From Candidatus Poribacteria bacterium (GTDB lineage: Bacteria > Poribacteria > WGA-4E > WGA-3G), in contig CAXXUA010000005.1 of assembly GCA_963663765.2 (NCBI GenBank), positions 1,344,001 through 1,408,000 of the forward strand: a stretch of 64,000 nucleotides of DNA. The letters are read 5' to 3'. The notes below the pieces were generated by a model. That model made no database searches. It saw only the letters and a list, made by a program, of their open reading frames with translations, and was not told where the DNA came from. Within the stretch, counting starts at the first letter, position 1; the number at the start of each line of letters is the position of its first letter. This document shows, one piece after another, positions 1 through 10,934 of this stretch. A program made the position numbers and the translations under genes.

Positions 1-676
1 GTTTGCCGTAGTCGTGCCATAAAATCACACCCTGTCCGTTGCGCAATAGGTTCAGTGCTTGTTTAGAATCATGCAACACATAATGGTATGAATGGGAACC
101 GTCTATGAATATGAAATCTACCGTGTTGTAAAATGAGGAGAAATCATAGGTCGCGGAATCACCGTACAATTGGGTAATCTTCTGCTGACAATCGGATTCC
201 AAGAATCTTGCTCCCGATGTCTCCTTATCAATATATTTTTCTTCTCCAACTTCTAATGGCAAGTCTGTCTTGAAAAGTTTATCCTTAGGTAGGTCAAGGG
301 TGAAGACTTCGGCATCGGTTGAAGCGTTTGCTGCCAAATTCAGTGTTGTGCGTCCATCAAACGTACCGATCTCAAAAAGCCTTTTCGGGTTATACCGTTT
401 CACCAATTTGGACAAAACAGTGATTTCTGCAAGGGAGATGTTGCCATCAATGTCAACAAGTTCACGAATCTGGATGGGAACACCTTCTGAGACAACCTCT
501 GTCAAATCAATCGTTGGGACAATGGGGGTTGGGGTTTTCTTAACATAACCGAAATGAGTACAAATTTGGTTGATAAAGAGACGGTTTTTCTCAAAAAGGA
601 ACCCGATTATAAACAGATAAAGGCAGGATAATACGGCATATATATACCTTGTTAAGAACGTACTAATTCGCTTCAC
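1..676 (-). CDS. Class I SAM-dependent methyltransferase (Methyltransf_24-like), 3' end runs off the window
   Basis: Manual minus-strand translation from GTG at 676 (AAGGA upstream) gives LFEIGTFDGRTTLNLA...VFTLDLP...FIDGSHSY...ILWHDY; absent from the ORF track because it is truncated. Confidence 0.8.
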   Translation of the reverse strand, partial: MKRISTFLTRYIYAVLSCLYLFIIGFLFEKNRLFINQICTHFGYVKKTPTPIVPTIDLTEVVSEGVPIQIRELVDIDGNISLAEITVLSKLVKRYNPKRLFEIGTFDGRTTLNLAANASTDAEVFTLDLPKDKLFKTDLPLEVGEEKYIDKETSGARFLESDCQQKITQLYGDSATYDFSSFYNTVDFIFIDGSHSYHYVLHDSKQALNLLRNGQGVILWHDYGK

Positions 677-1294
677 TGTCTGAATCCTTTCATACTCCTT
701 CCCAATTTTTCGTTACTAACGATTTGAGCAGATTGTACGCAAACCACTGCATTGTTCTGCTTGATACAAAGTGTTTAAATCATACCACGACACACCGATA
801 AAATCAAGAGATATGTTGGGGAATTGGGGAACTTGGGGAAGGCCGTGTAAAGTTTTTGTCACCCGTTATGTCAAAATCTGGGTAATCCGCGTCCTCCGTG
901 ATTCCGCACACAACCCACGAAATCCGCGTCCGCCAGGATTCCGCAATAGAATCCCAATAGATTATACATGATATCTATTGTTCTCAAAACAATAAAAACA
1001 ACATACCCACACCACCATAAGGTATAATTTCACACATACACCCAATGGTATATTAGCTGGAATAAACGACATTCCTCTCTCAAACACAAAAGCAGCTAAC
1101 AAGTCAAAAAAAAGCAAAATACACAACAAAAAACAACTAAAAAATTTTCATGATTACAACACGGTTTACAACCAAATGAATTTCTTCCCTACAGAAGCAG
1201 CTAAAATTGGGATTGAAAACACCTCCCATAAATGCATAGGATTGCTTGTTGGTGACTTATCCGCGTTGTCCGTATCATCCGCGAGTCTAAAGAT

Positions 1295-1451
1295 CAGGAC
1301 TTACGCACCCAACGGTAGGCGCGCTTTGTAGGCGGGGAATGCCAAAAGGCATTCATACCGTTGATTTGGCGCTGGAAACCGAAAAAATGCTGAAAATTAC
1401 ACCATTTTCGTCAAAATTCTTCATCAAATCATGAAAACTGCGTAAGTCCTG
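1295..1451 (+). mobile_element. MITE family A (TIR CAGGACTTACGCA) carrying a 35-nt insert
   Basis: TIR caggacttacgca...tgcgtaagtcctg, 5-bp duplication AAGAT on both sides; 35 nt longer than the empty copy at 13592-13713. Confidence 0.85.
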
Positions 1452-1708
1452 AAGATAAAAGTCTCTAAAATATCAAGATAATGTTCAATTATTTAATGTT
1501 CCAAATGTTTATTGTTCAACGTTACATAATGAAGTTAATTGAAGAAAAAAATGGTGCTGAATGTTTTTCATGCCGAGTTTTTTCATGCTTAATTTTCGGT
1601 ATTGATACACTGCTACTTTATTAAAAATAACCTTGCTTAGGATTAATATATTACGCGTATATTTCATAGTTATTTTGATAAATATATGTCAGATAATTCC
1701 GTTTTTGC

Positions 1709-1738
1709 TTGACAGCAGTTTTAAATCTTTGTTACAAT
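1709..1738 (+). promoter_or_regulatory. Sigma70-type promoter for nrdJ
   Basis: TTGACA-18 nt-TACAAT with TGn extension, followed by AGGAGG RBS and ATG at 1760. Confidence 0.65.
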
Positions 1739-1759
1739 ACACATCAGGAGGTATATTAT

Positions 1760-4700
1760 ATGACTGCCAACAATATCAAAGAAATTGATGAAGCAGTGAA
1801 ACATCCGATAGATGGCGATGGGACGGGACTCTCGTTCGGTCGATACTTTACAAAATCAGGTGTTCATCCTTATGACGAACTTGAATGGGAACGTCGTGAT
1901 TCTGCCATCTATAACGAAAAAGGCGATGTTATTTTCAAGCAGGATCAGGTTGAAGTGCCTGTGTCTTGGACGCAACTCGCAACGGATATTGCTGCCTCAA
2001 AATATTTCAGAAAGGCTGGTGTTCCGGATGTAGAATCAGAAACAAGTGCACGTGAATTAGTTACCCGCGTTGCCCGGACTCTACGTAGGGCTGGTGAAGA
2101 AATCGGCGGTTATTTTGCTACATCAGAAGATGCCGATACATTTGAAATGGAATTGACACATATTCTTATCACGCAACGGGGCGCATTCAACTCACCCGTT
2201 TGGTTCAACTGTGGTTTATGGCATGAGTACGGAATTAAAGGTGGTGGCGGAAATTACTATTGGGACAGAGACGCACAAAAAGTTAGTATTACTGAAAACG
2301 CATATCAATATCCACAAAACTCTGCATGTTTTATACAGAGTGTGGAAGATTCTTTAGACTCAATGCTTGAGCTGCAAAAAGCAGAAGTCAGACTTTTTAA
2401 ATACGGTAGTGGAACTGGATCGAACTTCAGTAAAGTAAGGGCAAAAGGCGAACATCTCTCCAGTGGAGGTGAGAGTTCAGGTGTGCTTTCGTTCCTTGAA
2501 GGATTTGACCGTTGGGCTGGTAGTATAAAGTCTGGTGGCACGACACGTCGCGCTGCCAAGATGGTCATTTTGGACATGGACCATCCAGAAATTGTTGATT
2601 ACATTGACTGGAAAATGAAGGAAGAGGAAAAGGCGAAAGCACTCATCGCATCGGGTTATCCCGCAGACTTTAACGGTGAGGCTTACGGTACAGTGAGTGG
2701 GCAAAACAGCAACAATTCTGTAAGGATTCCAGATATTTTTATGGATGCTTTCCTTCATGCCAAACAGTGGCAAACAACTTATCGTACTAGTGGTGAAGTT
2801 GCAGCGGAATATGAAGCGAAAATGCTGATGGATAAAATCGCTGAAGCTGCGTGGGCATGTGCTGACCCCGGTGTTCAATTTGATGATACAATACAAAAAT
2901 GGCATACATGTAAAAATACTGGCAGAATTAACGCAAGTAATCCTTGTAGTGAATATCTCTTCTTAGATGATTCCGCATGCAACCTTGCAAGTATCAATCT
3001 TGTCAAATTCCTTAAAGATGATGACACATTTGATATTGACGGTTTCAGGGCAACAGTACGTGTCTTTATCACTGCAATGGAAATCATTGTGAGCCTGTCT
3101 TCGTACCCGACTCCAAGAATCGCGAGACGTTCTCACGAATATCGTCCACTCGGACTTGGATATGCAAACTTAGGCGCAATGTTGATGCGGTTAGGTATTC
3201 CCTATGATAGCGCAGAAGCATGCAGTTACGCTGGAGCTATTACGGCTATCCTGAGTGGACATGGTTACGCCACAAGCGCGGAGATCGCCAAGAGTATCGG
3301 AACGTTTGCGGGTTATCCCAAAAACCGTGAATCCATGTTGGATGTTATCAATATGCATCGTGATGTGGCTTACAAACTTGATGCGACAACATGCCCTTCC
3401 GACCTTTTAGATGCAGCACAAAAAGATTGGGATCTCTGTCAACAAAAGGGAGAGACTTGGGGTTATCGTAATTCGCAAATAAGCGTTATTGCACCGACAG
3501 GAACCATTGCACTTCTGATGGATTGTGATACAACAGGAATTGAGCCTGAATTTGCGTTAGTCAAGTTCAAGAAGTTAGCGGGTGGTGGTTATATCAAGAT
3601 TGTGAACCAAAGTGTTCGTGATGCATTGAAAAAACTCGGTTATATACCCCAACACATTGAGACGATTGTAACGCATATCGTTGGAACAGGTACACTTGAA
3701 GGGACTCCATATATCAACCCGGAATCCTTGAAATACAAGGGTTTTACTGAAGAGGATATTGCGAAGGTTGAAGAGATGTTACCGAGTTCATTTGACCTTA
3801 ACCTTGCTTTTGCTCCCGGTTTCCTTGGTGAAGAATGTCTTGAAAGATTAGGTATCACAGCGGAAAAAGCTGCGGACCCAGATTTCAATCTACTAACATA
3901 TCTTGGTTTCAATCCGAGTGAAATTGCAGGTGCCGAAGAGATTATTTGCGGCACAGGTACGATCGAAGGTGCACCACATCTGTCATCTAAACATTATCCT
4001 ATATTTGATTGCGCTGTTCAATCGGGTAAGCACGGTTCTCGTTTTATTCACCACATGGGGCCCCTGAGATTGATGGCGGCAGTACAGCCTTTTATTTCTG
4101 GTGCTATATCAAAGACAGTCAACGTCCCGCGTGAAGCGACTGTAGATGATATTAAGGAACTTTATGTGGAAGCATGGCGACTTGGTGTGAAATGCCTAGC
4201 TATTTATCGTGATGGCAGCAAAGGCAGCCAGCCGCTTTCAACCAGTAGCCAACAGGATACGCAAGAGAATGCCAGTGGCCTTCCGATCCGTAGACGATTG
4301 TTAGATACGCGGAAAGGGATTATACACAAATTCAGTGTCGGTGGTCATGAAGGTTACATGCAAGTCGGCTTCTTTGAAGATGGCACGCCAGGTGAAGTTT
4401 TCCTGACTATGAGCAAACAGGGATCTACCACCGCAGGACTTATGGACTCAATCGCCATCCTCATCTCACTTGCCTTGCAATATGGTGTGCCGTTAGAATC
4501 GCTGGTCAATAAGTTTAGTCATGTTCGGTTTGAACCATCAGGATTTACACAAGATCCTGATATCCCCATGGCAAAATCCATTGTTGACTATGTTTTCCGT
4601 TGGCTTGGTAAAGAGTTTCTTCCGAAAGATGTACAAGCTAACACAGCAAAGATTCTTGAGTTGGATGACCAGATGGCAATACCTCAAGAAATTCCGCCAA

Positions 4701-4867
4701 CTGAGCATGGTAGAAATGGGGATACAGACCCGTGGGCAGACCGCGAGAAGTTGGTGACTCTCCGATATGGAGATGCACCGCCTTGCCATGAGTGTGGTTC
4801 AATTATGATCCGAAGTGGTATCTGTTATCGATGCACAAACTGCGGTGCAACAAGCGGATGTTCATAA
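1760..4867 (+). CDS. nrdJ: Vitamin B12-dependent (class II) ribonucleotide reductase
   Basis: FNSPVWFN, SACFI, GGTTRRAAKM, ASNPCSEY, APTGTI, ISGAISKTVN motifs; C-terminal TSCPD-like domain and CxxC..CxxC..GCS tail; start reassigned to ATG after AGGAGG. Confidence 0.95.
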   Translation: MTANNIKEIDEAVKHPIDGDGTGLSFGRYFTKSGVHPYDELEWERRDSAIYNEKGDVIFKQDQVEVPVSWTQLATDIAASKYFRKAGVPDVESETSARELVTRVARTLRRAGEEIGGYFATSEDADTFEMELTHILITQRGAFNSPVWFNCGLWHEYGIKGGGGNYYWDRDAQKVSITENAYQYPQNSACFIQSVEDSLDSMLELQKAEVRLFKYGSGTGSNFSKVRAKGEHLSSGGESSGVLSFLEGFDRWAGSIKSGGTTRRAAKMVILDMDHPEIVDYIDWKMKEEEKAKALIASGYPADFNGEAYGTVSGQNSNNSVRIPDIFMDAFLHAKQWQTTYRTSGEVAAEYEAKMLMDKIAEAAWACADPGVQFDDTIQKWHTCKNTGRINASNPCSEYLFLDDSACNLASINLVKFLKDDDTFDIDGFRATVRVFITAMEIIVSLSSYPTPRIARRSHEYRPLGLGYANLGAMLMRLGIPYDSAEACSYAGAITAILSGHGYATSAEIAKSIGTFAGYPKNRESMLDVINMHRDVAYKLDATTCPSDLLDAAQKDWDLCQQKGETWGYRNSQISVIAPTGTIALLMDCDTTGIEPEFALVKFKKLAGGGYIKIVNQSVRDALKKLGYIPQHIETIVTHIVGTGTLEGTPYINPESLKYKGFTEEDIAKVEEMLPSSFDLNLAFAPGFLGEECLERLGITAEKAADPDFNLLTYLGFNPSEIAGAEEIICGTGTIEGAPHLSSKHYPIFDCAVQSGKHGSRFIHHMGPLRLMAAVQPFISGAISKTVNVPREATVDDIKELYVEAWRLGVKCLAIYRDGSKGSQPLSTSSQQDTQENASGLPIRRRLLDTRKGIIHKFSVGGHEGYMQVGFFEDGTPGEVFLTMSKQGSTTAGLMDSIAILISLALQYGVPLESLVNKFSHVRFEPSGFTQDPDIPMAKSIVDYVFRWLGKEFLPKDVQANTAKILELDDQMAIPQEIPPTEHGRNGDTDPWADREKLVTLRYGDAPPCHECGSIMIRSGICYRCTNCGATSGCS

Positions 4868-4888
4868 ACCTCCAAGTATAATGTGAAT

Positions 4889-4945
4889 AGGACTTATACG
4901 AACTCCGTGAAGGTGATATACCTATTGGGTTTGTGTAAGTCCTAT
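4889..4945. terminator. Hairpin after nrdJ resembling degenerate MITE-A ends
   Basis: taggactta...taagtccta inverted repeat just downstream of the nrdJ stop. Confidence 0.4.
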
Positions 4946-5039
4946 TCTTGTGATTTCTGTTAAAACATGGTATACTATATTACCTCACAAAAATTCAATG
5001 AGGAAAGATTAACCTTATTATCCAACTTAGGAGAAGAAT

Positions 5040-5852
5040 ATGAAAAAGTTATGTTGTATTGTATCAATTATTGTGTTAACAATTGCAAGTTATAGTTTCG
5101 CGCAAGACATTGCAGTCTTATATGATACTGCGATGGAAAACGGTGCGGGTTTAAGCATTCCAGGAGGAGTTGCTGGTGCCAGTGGATTAGCAGACCAAAT
5201 TGTGAGCAAACTTCAAGATGAAAACCTGACTGCGGAAATCGTTGATGGTGAGGGGGTAGCAGCATATATGAATGCAAACCCAAAAGGTATCATAGTCCTT
5301 ACCCAGGGAAATGTCCCAGATACAATATTCCAAAATAAGGGAGCAGACGATCTGATTCATTCTTGGTTAACGGATGGTGGCATCGCTGCAATGATTGGGG
5401 ATTGGCCTTTCTACTATTATTGGAATTATGGTACAAATAGCAGGGTTACCATTATGGGTGGAGGTCAGCAAAGTGTGTTTGGCGTTACCGTAACAAATTC
5501 TGATACTGCCAATGCATCCCCTACCGATTTAGGTAAGCAATATATGCCATCAATCAAACAGTGGACATCAAACAGACCTGTGGATATCAGTGTTTTAGAA
5601 GATAACGATTTTAAGTTTGAAAGTTATGCTGACGATGGTTCAAATGCGGATCCGATTGCCTACAGAACAGATGATATGGATGGATGGTTCATCAACTTCC
5701 ATACATCTTCCAGCATTACCATTCCGCCAAATGACCAAATTGCGACAGAATTAGCTGAATTGATGGTTAATCGTTTTGTTACAGATGCGCAATCTGTAGA
5801 CCCGACAGGTAAGGTCAGTGTCGTTTGGGGTGAGTTAAAATCTTTGCGATAG
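5040..5852 (+). CDS. Secreted hypothetical protein with C-terminal VDPTGKVSVVWGELK motif
   Basis: Signal peptide ending SFA-Q, AGGAG RBS, C-terminal motif shared with five other proteins in the window. Confidence 0.8.
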   Translation: MKKLCCIVSIIVLTIASYSFAQDIAVLYDTAMENGAGLSIPGGVAGASGLADQIVSKLQDENLTAEIVDGEGVAAYMNANPKGIIVLTQGNVPDTIFQNKGADDLIHSWLTDGGIAAMIGDWPFYYYWNYGTNSRVTIMGGGQQSVFGVTVTNSDTANASPTDLGKQYMPSIKQWTSNRPVDISVLEDNDFKFESYADDGSNADPIAYRTDDMDGWFINFHTSSSITIPPNDQIATELAELMVNRFVTDAQSVDPTGKVSVVWGELKSLR

Positions 5853-5928
5853 GTAAGCACATAAACCGTAGTTGCAATTTAAGGATTATGACTACGGTAT
5901 AAACCATCAGAATTGTCCAGTATTTTTC

Positions 5929-5957
5929 TTGACATTGCCTGACAAAGGTATTATAAT
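5929..5957 (+). promoter_or_regulatory. Consensus sigma70 promoter of the ilv leader
   Basis: TTGACA-17 nt-TATAAT. Confidence 0.85.
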
Positions 5958-6040
5958 TAAAGGGAACGAGAGTAGATTTTAGAAACACGCACAATAGTTA
6001 ACAAAAAGGTGTGTATAAAAAAATATATTAGATTACATAA

Positions 6041-6378
6041 AATGCGTTGAAAGGGAGGAGTAGGTCCTCTGGACTTGTAAGAGAGGGAGACTCATTGGCT
6101 GCAAGGTCTTCTCAAGTTCCTACGACTGAAGGTCGCCCCGGAGCTGCTAACCTGAACGATACATAGACTTTAGTAAGGTTAGACGGTTTGATGTCCGTTA
6201 TTGCATCCCAAAGAGTGCCTTTCCTCGTTTAACGGTGTTTTTATGCACCTATTGTTTGAAAACAAGGATTGGAATTGGAGTGGTACCACGGTAAGGTCGG
6301 TTTCGGTGATTTCAACCGAAACATGCTATAAAAAGCCGCATCCTTCTCGTCTCCAAAGATGGAACGAGAAGGTTTTTT
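6041..6378 (+). ncRNA. T-box riboswitch (transcriptional), probable Val specifier GUC
   Basis: Stem I with AGTA, AGAGAG, GGCTG and GAAG-GTC-G loop (GTC 6132-6134); stem II taacct-GAA...AGTA-aggtta; CCGTTA box; T-box AATTGGAGTGGTACCACGG (6273-6291) pairing with CGTCTCC; overlapping terminator. Confidence 0.9.
6342..6378 (+). terminator. Intrinsic terminator of the T-box leader
   Basis: ccttctcgt...acgagaagg stem followed by TTTTTT; overlaps the 3' antiterminator strand. Confidence 0.85.
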
Positions 6379-6438
6379 ACTTTCAACAAACTTTGGCACG
6401 AGAGAATGTGCCTACTACCGTCTATAAGGAAACTTGGC

Positions 6439-8115
6439 ATGGAACTTTCAGGAGCACAAACCCTGGTTGACTGTCTCAAGCGTGAAGGTGTCGAATATAT
6501 CTTCGGTGTGAACGGCGGCGCGGCAATGCCGATTTTTGATGCCCTATACGGTGATACAGATTTAGAATTGATTCCGATGCGTCATGAGCAAGGAGCATCT
6601 CATGCCGCTGATGGATACGCCCGCGCCACCGGAAAGGTTGGTGTCGCACTCGCAACCTCTGGACCTGGTGCAACCAATCTCGTTACTGGAATCGCAACCG
6701 CTTATATGGATTCAATTCCAATGGTAGCGATTACTGGACAGGTGATGACACAGTTCATTGGCAGCGATGCCTTCCAAGAATGTGATGTCATCGGTGTTAC
6801 ACGTCCAATCTGTAAACACAGTTATCTAATCAAACAGTCTGAAGAGGTTGCAGATGTTATCGCAGAAGCATTCCATATTGCAAGTACTGGCAAACAGGGA
6901 CCTGTTATTATTGATATTGCTAAGGATGCACAGGTACATAAATCTCTGTTTCAGTATCCAGAAACAGTTGATATTCGCAGTTACAAACCGCAGGTAAATG
7001 GTGATCCAACACAAATAGCAAAAGCAGCAGCAATGATTAAGGAAGCGAAATGTCCAATCCTATATGCAGGTGGTGGAGTCGTTCTTGCGAATGCGAGTGA
7101 AGAACTGCGGGAGTTAACCCTCAAAACACAAATACCGATTACTGTTACATTAATGGGACTCGGTGCGTTTCCTGAAACACATCCGTTAGCGATGGAGATG
7201 CCAGGTATGCACGGTTCTTGTTGTGCTAATTATGCGTTCACGGGTGCTGATCTTGTTGTCGCTATCGGTGCAAGATTTGATGATAGGGTTACCGGTGATC
7301 TTGACAAATTCGCACCTAACGCAAAGAAAATCCATATTGATATTGATGCTTCATGTATTGGAAAAAATGTTCCTGTTGATGTTCCAATTGTTGGCGATGC
7401 AAAGAACGTTCTCACAGAACTAAACAAGTTGGTTGACACCGCAGATATTGACCCGTGGCGTGATCAAATTCAGGAATGGAAACAGAAATATCCATTTGAA
7501 TGGACACAAAAAGGGAACAAAGTGATGCCGCAATATGTCATGGAGCAGATTTATGAACACTATAGTGATGCAATTGTTGTTGCGGATGTTGGTCAGCATC
7601 AGATGTGGGCGGCACAATACTTCAAGTTCACCGAACCGCGTCAATGGCTTAATTCGGGTGGTCTTGGGACAATGGGGTTCAGTCTTCCAGCTGCAATTGG
7701 TGCACAACTCGGATGTCCTGATAAAACTGTTGTCAATATCAACGGTGATGGTTCTTATATCATGACTATTCAAGAGTTAGTGCCAGCGATCACAATGAAA
7801 TTACCACTTAAGATCTTCATTATCAACAATATGTATTTAGGCATGGTGCGGCAATGGCAGGAGTTGTTCTTTGACAAGCGATATTCCGCTGTGGATTACC
7901 ACGACAATCCTGATTTCGCGTTGCTTGCACAAGCATTTGGTGCGACCGGATTGCGTGTTGAGCATCCTGAAGATGTTGAACCTGCATTATTGAAAGCAAA
8001 AGGCATAGACGATGGTCCGGTTGTAATTGATTTTATTGTTGCAGAAGAGGAAAACGTGTTCCCAATGGTCCCCGCTGGTAAAGGTCTTGGTGATGTCATC
8101 CGCGGGTTGTCATAA
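6439..8115 (+). CDS. ilvB: Acetolactate synthase large subunit (biosynthetic)
   Basis: RHEQGASHAADGYAR, TSGPGATN, GARFDDRVTG, SGGLGTMG, GDGS...NN TPP motif, MVRQWQ; start ATG 6439 after AAGGA. Confidence 0.96.
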   Translation: MELSGAQTLVDCLKREGVEYIFGVNGGAAMPIFDALYGDTDLELIPMRHEQGASHAADGYARATGKVGVALATSGPGATNLVTGIATAYMDSIPMVAITGQVMTQFIGSDAFQECDVIGVTRPICKHSYLIKQSEEVADVIAEAFHIASTGKQGPVIIDIAKDAQVHKSLFQYPETVDIRSYKPQVNGDPTQIAKAAAMIKEAKCPILYAGGGVVLANASEELRELTLKTQIPITVTLMGLGAFPETHPLAMEMPGMHGSCCANYAFTGADLVVAIGARFDDRVTGDLDKFAPNAKKIHIDIDASCIGKNVPVDVPIVGDAKNVLTELNKLVDTADIDPWRDQIQEWKQKYPFEWTQKGNKVMPQYVMEQIYEHYSDAIVVADVGQHQMWAAQYFKFTEPRQWLNSGGLGTMGFSLPAAIGAQLGCPDKTVVNINGDGSYIMTIQELVPAITMKLPLKIFIINNMYLGMVRQWQELFFDKRYSAVDYHDNPDFALLAQAFGATGLRVEHPEDVEPALLKAKGIDDGPVVIDFIVAEEENVFPMVPAGKGLGDVIRGLS

Positions 8116-8133
8116 ACTTTACACCAAAACAAT

Positions 8134-8634
8134 ATGAATAAAAAAGAAGAAAGACACATTTTTTCGGTTATGGTCGAAAACCGATTTGGCGTTCTCGCAC
8201 GCGTAGCGGGACTTTTTAGCGGACGCGGTTTTAATATTGACAGTCTCAACGTCGCTGAAACTCATGACAAGAGTGTCTCGCAAATTACGCTTGTTACACA
8301 TGGAGATGCTCAAATAATTGATCAAATTTATCAGCATCTTAACAGACTCATTGACGTCATTGAGGTCACAGACCTTACTGCGGGAACACATGTTGAACGA
8401 GAGTTACTCCTATTGAAGATTCGCACTGAAGATCCACGGAAACGCGCTGAGATTCTACAAGTTGGAGATGTCTACCGCGCACGGGTGATTGACACGAAAC
8501 CTGCTTCTCTTGTGCTTGAAATCACCGGTGATGAAGGAAAATTGGAGGCAGCAATTGCAATTTTCAAACCTTATGGGATCCTTGAGTTAGCACGCACCGG
8601 TAAAATAGCGATGGGACGCGGTAATACAAAGTAG
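8134..8634 (+). CDS. ilvN: Acetolactate synthase small regulatory subunit
   Basis: VENRFGVLARVAGLFSGRGFNIDSL ACT domain, ELARTG. Confidence 0.95.
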   Translation: MNKKEERHIFSVMVENRFGVLARVAGLFSGRGFNIDSLNVAETHDKSVSQITLVTHGDAQIIDQIYQHLNRLIDVIEVTDLTAGTHVERELLLLKIRTEDPRKRAEILQVGDVYRARVIDTKPASLVLEITGDEGKLEAAIAIFKPYGILELARTGKIAMGRGNTK

Positions 8635-8681
8635 CACGCATTTGCAGCACATGATGAGATTTATTAGAAAGGACAGATTAT

Positions 8682-9674
8682 ATGGCAACAATTTATTACG
8701 ATAGCGATGCCAATTTTGATTTACTAAAAGAACGTACCGTCGCCATCATTGGTTATGGCGCGCAAGGCAGAGCACAAGCACTCAATTTACAAGATAGCGG
8801 CGCAAATGTGGTCGTTGGATTATATGAAGGCAGCAGCTCAATTGCACGCGCAGAAGCAGAAGGTATTAGCGTCAAGACGGTTGAAGAAGCATCAGCGATG
8901 GCAGATGTTGTGCAGATTCTTATCCCAGACGAAAAGCATTCGGCTGTATACCTTGAACAGATCGCACCGAACATGCAAGAAGGCAACATGCTGATGGTGT
9001 CGCACGGGTTCAGTGTTCATTTCGGTCAGATTGTCCCTGCTGACGATATTGATGTCACTATGATAGCACCGAAGGGACCTGGTTCTCTCGTCCGCGAAGT
9101 ATTTGAAGGCGGTGGTGGCGTGCCGTGCCTTATCGCAATCCATCAAGATACGACTGGTGCTGCACGAGATATTGCACTTGCTTATGCAAGAGGTATCGGC
9201 GGTACACGTGCGGGGGTTATGGAAACCACATTCCGAGAAGAAACAGAAACCGACCTTTTCGGTGAACAAGCTGTCCTGTGTGGTGGCACTGCTGCGCTAA
9301 TTAAAGCAGCCTTTGATACACTCGTTGAAGCGGGATATCAACCTGAAATGGCTTATTTTGAATGCCTACACGAATTGAAACTCATCGTTGACCTACTCTA
9401 TACTGGTGGATTGAGTAAAATGCGGAACGATATTAGTAACACTGCAGAATATGGCGACTTGACACGTGGTCCGCAACTCATTGACGATAGTGTTCGTGAT
9501 AGAATGCGACAGATTTTAAAAGATGTCCAAGGTGGTATCTTTGCCCGAGAATGGGTACTGGAAAATCAAGCGAATCAACCTGTGCTGCGCGCACTACGCA
9601 GACAGGAAGCTGCATTGGAAATTGAAGAGGTTGGCAAGAATCTGCGTAGTATGATGAGTTGGCTTGATGATTAG
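8682..9674 (+). CDS. ilvC: Ketol-acid reductoisomerase
   Basis: [38 protein letters not shown]. Confidence 0.97.
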   Translation: MATIYYDSDANFDLLKERTVAIIGYGAQGRAQALNLQDSGANVVVGLYEGSSSIARAEAEGISVKTVEEASAMADVVQILIPDEKHSAVYLEQIAPNMQEGNMLMVSHGFSVHFGQIVPADDIDVTMIAPKGPGSLVREVFEGGGGVPCLIAIHQDTTGAARDIALAYARGIGGTRAGVMETTFREETETDLFGEQAVLCGGTAALIKAAFDTLVEAGYQPEMAYFECLHELKLIVDLLYTGGLSKMRNDISNTAEYGDLTRGPQLIDDSVRDRMRQILKDVQGGIFAREWVLENQANQPVLRALRRQEAALEIEEVGKNLRSMMSWLDD

Positions 9675-9697
9675 GTGGTTTTTCAGTTTCCTTAGTT

Positions 9698-9970
9698 AAC
9701 GTGAGTTTAGTAAATAAGAATTTTGGAATCGGCAGAATACGCGTATGGTATTCTGCACTGGTTAGGAAACCGAACCATAAACGTCAATTTAAGGATTTTG
9801 ACCTCTTGTGGGAGGGGTTTTCAACCCGATTTTATGTTCATTTGCTCTCAAATCGGGGTTGAAAACCCCTCTCACAAGAGAAATGCCAGCACTTTTTCTT
9901 AAATTGACGCATAAGGTTCGGTTTCCTAACAGCACCTACCGCAAGATTTCCCATTTATCAAACTCACGTT
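9698..9970. mobile_element. Nested repeat element: outer TIR AACGTGAGTTT containing micro-hairpin Z, two REP pairs and a GCGTCAATTTAAG-TIR MITE
   Basis: aacgtgagttt...aaactcacgtt; inner acgtcaatttaag(9781)...cttaaattgacgc(9910); gtgggaggggttttcaaccc REP pair; ggcagaatacgcgtatggtattctgc at 9731-9756. Confidence 0.7.
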
Positions 9971-10269
9971 ATATTAAATCGTAGTCCTGAATTATGGTGT
10001 GCAGCGTATTGGGTTACAAAGGCATTGGTCAATCACTTGGTGTCCACATACGAATTGCTGGATGAATGGGTAGGTTGTGTCTTGCGCCCATTCACTTGAA
10101 TACCAAACAAGACGGCAACACTTGCAAAGAAAATAGTGATGTTTCTTTAGTTGATGGCAGTTGATTTTCTCTGTAAATAAATTTCGTTATGTAATGACTT
10201 GTGCTAGTTAACAGCATCTTTTGTTGGTTTTCACATATGTTCGCATTAGTGCTATAAACATATCGTCCT

Positions 10270-10567
10270 TAATGAAGATTAATTTATTAATTCGGTAATA
10301 AATATTCCTACACGGTAGGCGGGGAATGCCTAAATGGCATTCATACCGTTGATTTCTTGATTTGGTGCTTTGTAAGCGCGCCACCCGATTGTAGTCGTGC
10401 TTTGTAAGCGCGCCACCCGATTGTAGTCGTGCTTTGTAAGCGCGCCACCCGATTGTAGTCGTGCTTTGTAAGCGCGCTATTGGAACTTGATGTGCCAGCG
10501 CGCTTGCAAAGCACGACTACCAGGGTGGGTTAGATAAAATTACCTAATTTATTTATTAATCTTCATA
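10270..10567. mobile_element. TA-targeting MITE (TIR TGAAGATTAA) inserted in a REP, carrying a REP array and a 44-nt hairpin insert
   Basis: Interrupts cgtccc-TA-cgggactaaa with TA at both ends; sister copy at 31842-33224. Confidence 0.75.
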
Positions 10568-10691
10568 CGGGACTAAAGAGTATGTCAATATAAGTGAAAT
10601 CACAATAATACGTTCAGCTTATGTGAAGAAATATATAGCAATTAGTTATTTAGCACAACACGTTAAAATATGGATATTTCAAATGTTATAT

Positions 10692-10914
10692 CCGACACTC
10701 CGCACTTCTGATTTGCGTTTTTCGATAATAATTTGATAAACCCGCGTGGAGACTATATTTAGCAAACAATTTCAATTTAAAATGATAAAATAACAAGTTC
10801 GGTTTTGTCTCAAAATATAGAACTCAAAATCACCATTATTTTGTGCGAATCCTTGTGTGATACGGGTTTATCCCAATATTATAAAAATGTATTAAAACAA
10901 GTGCGGAGTGTAGG
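10692..10914. mobile_element. 223-bp MITE, copy 1
   Basis: TIR CCGACACTCCGCACTT/AAGTGCGGAGTGTAGG, 6-bp duplication TTATAT; apparently identical to 44317-44539. Confidence 0.9.
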
Positions 10915-10934
10915 TTATATAAATCCTAGCTATA

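Noticed and set aside
270-971. Plus-strand ORFs 270-548 and 771-971, and the many short ORFs overlapping larger genes
   Set aside because: Antisense or alternate-frame shadows of well-supported genes, or low-complexity repeat DNA
960-1700. Cobalamin riboswitch or NrdR boxes upstream of nrdJ
   Set aside because: No convincing B12 box or tandem NrdR palindromes seen; the promoter lies directly before the RBS
6201-6470. 89-aa ORF or leader peptide before ilvB
   Set aside because: Overlaps the T-box antiterminator and terminator; no RBS or branched-chain codon run
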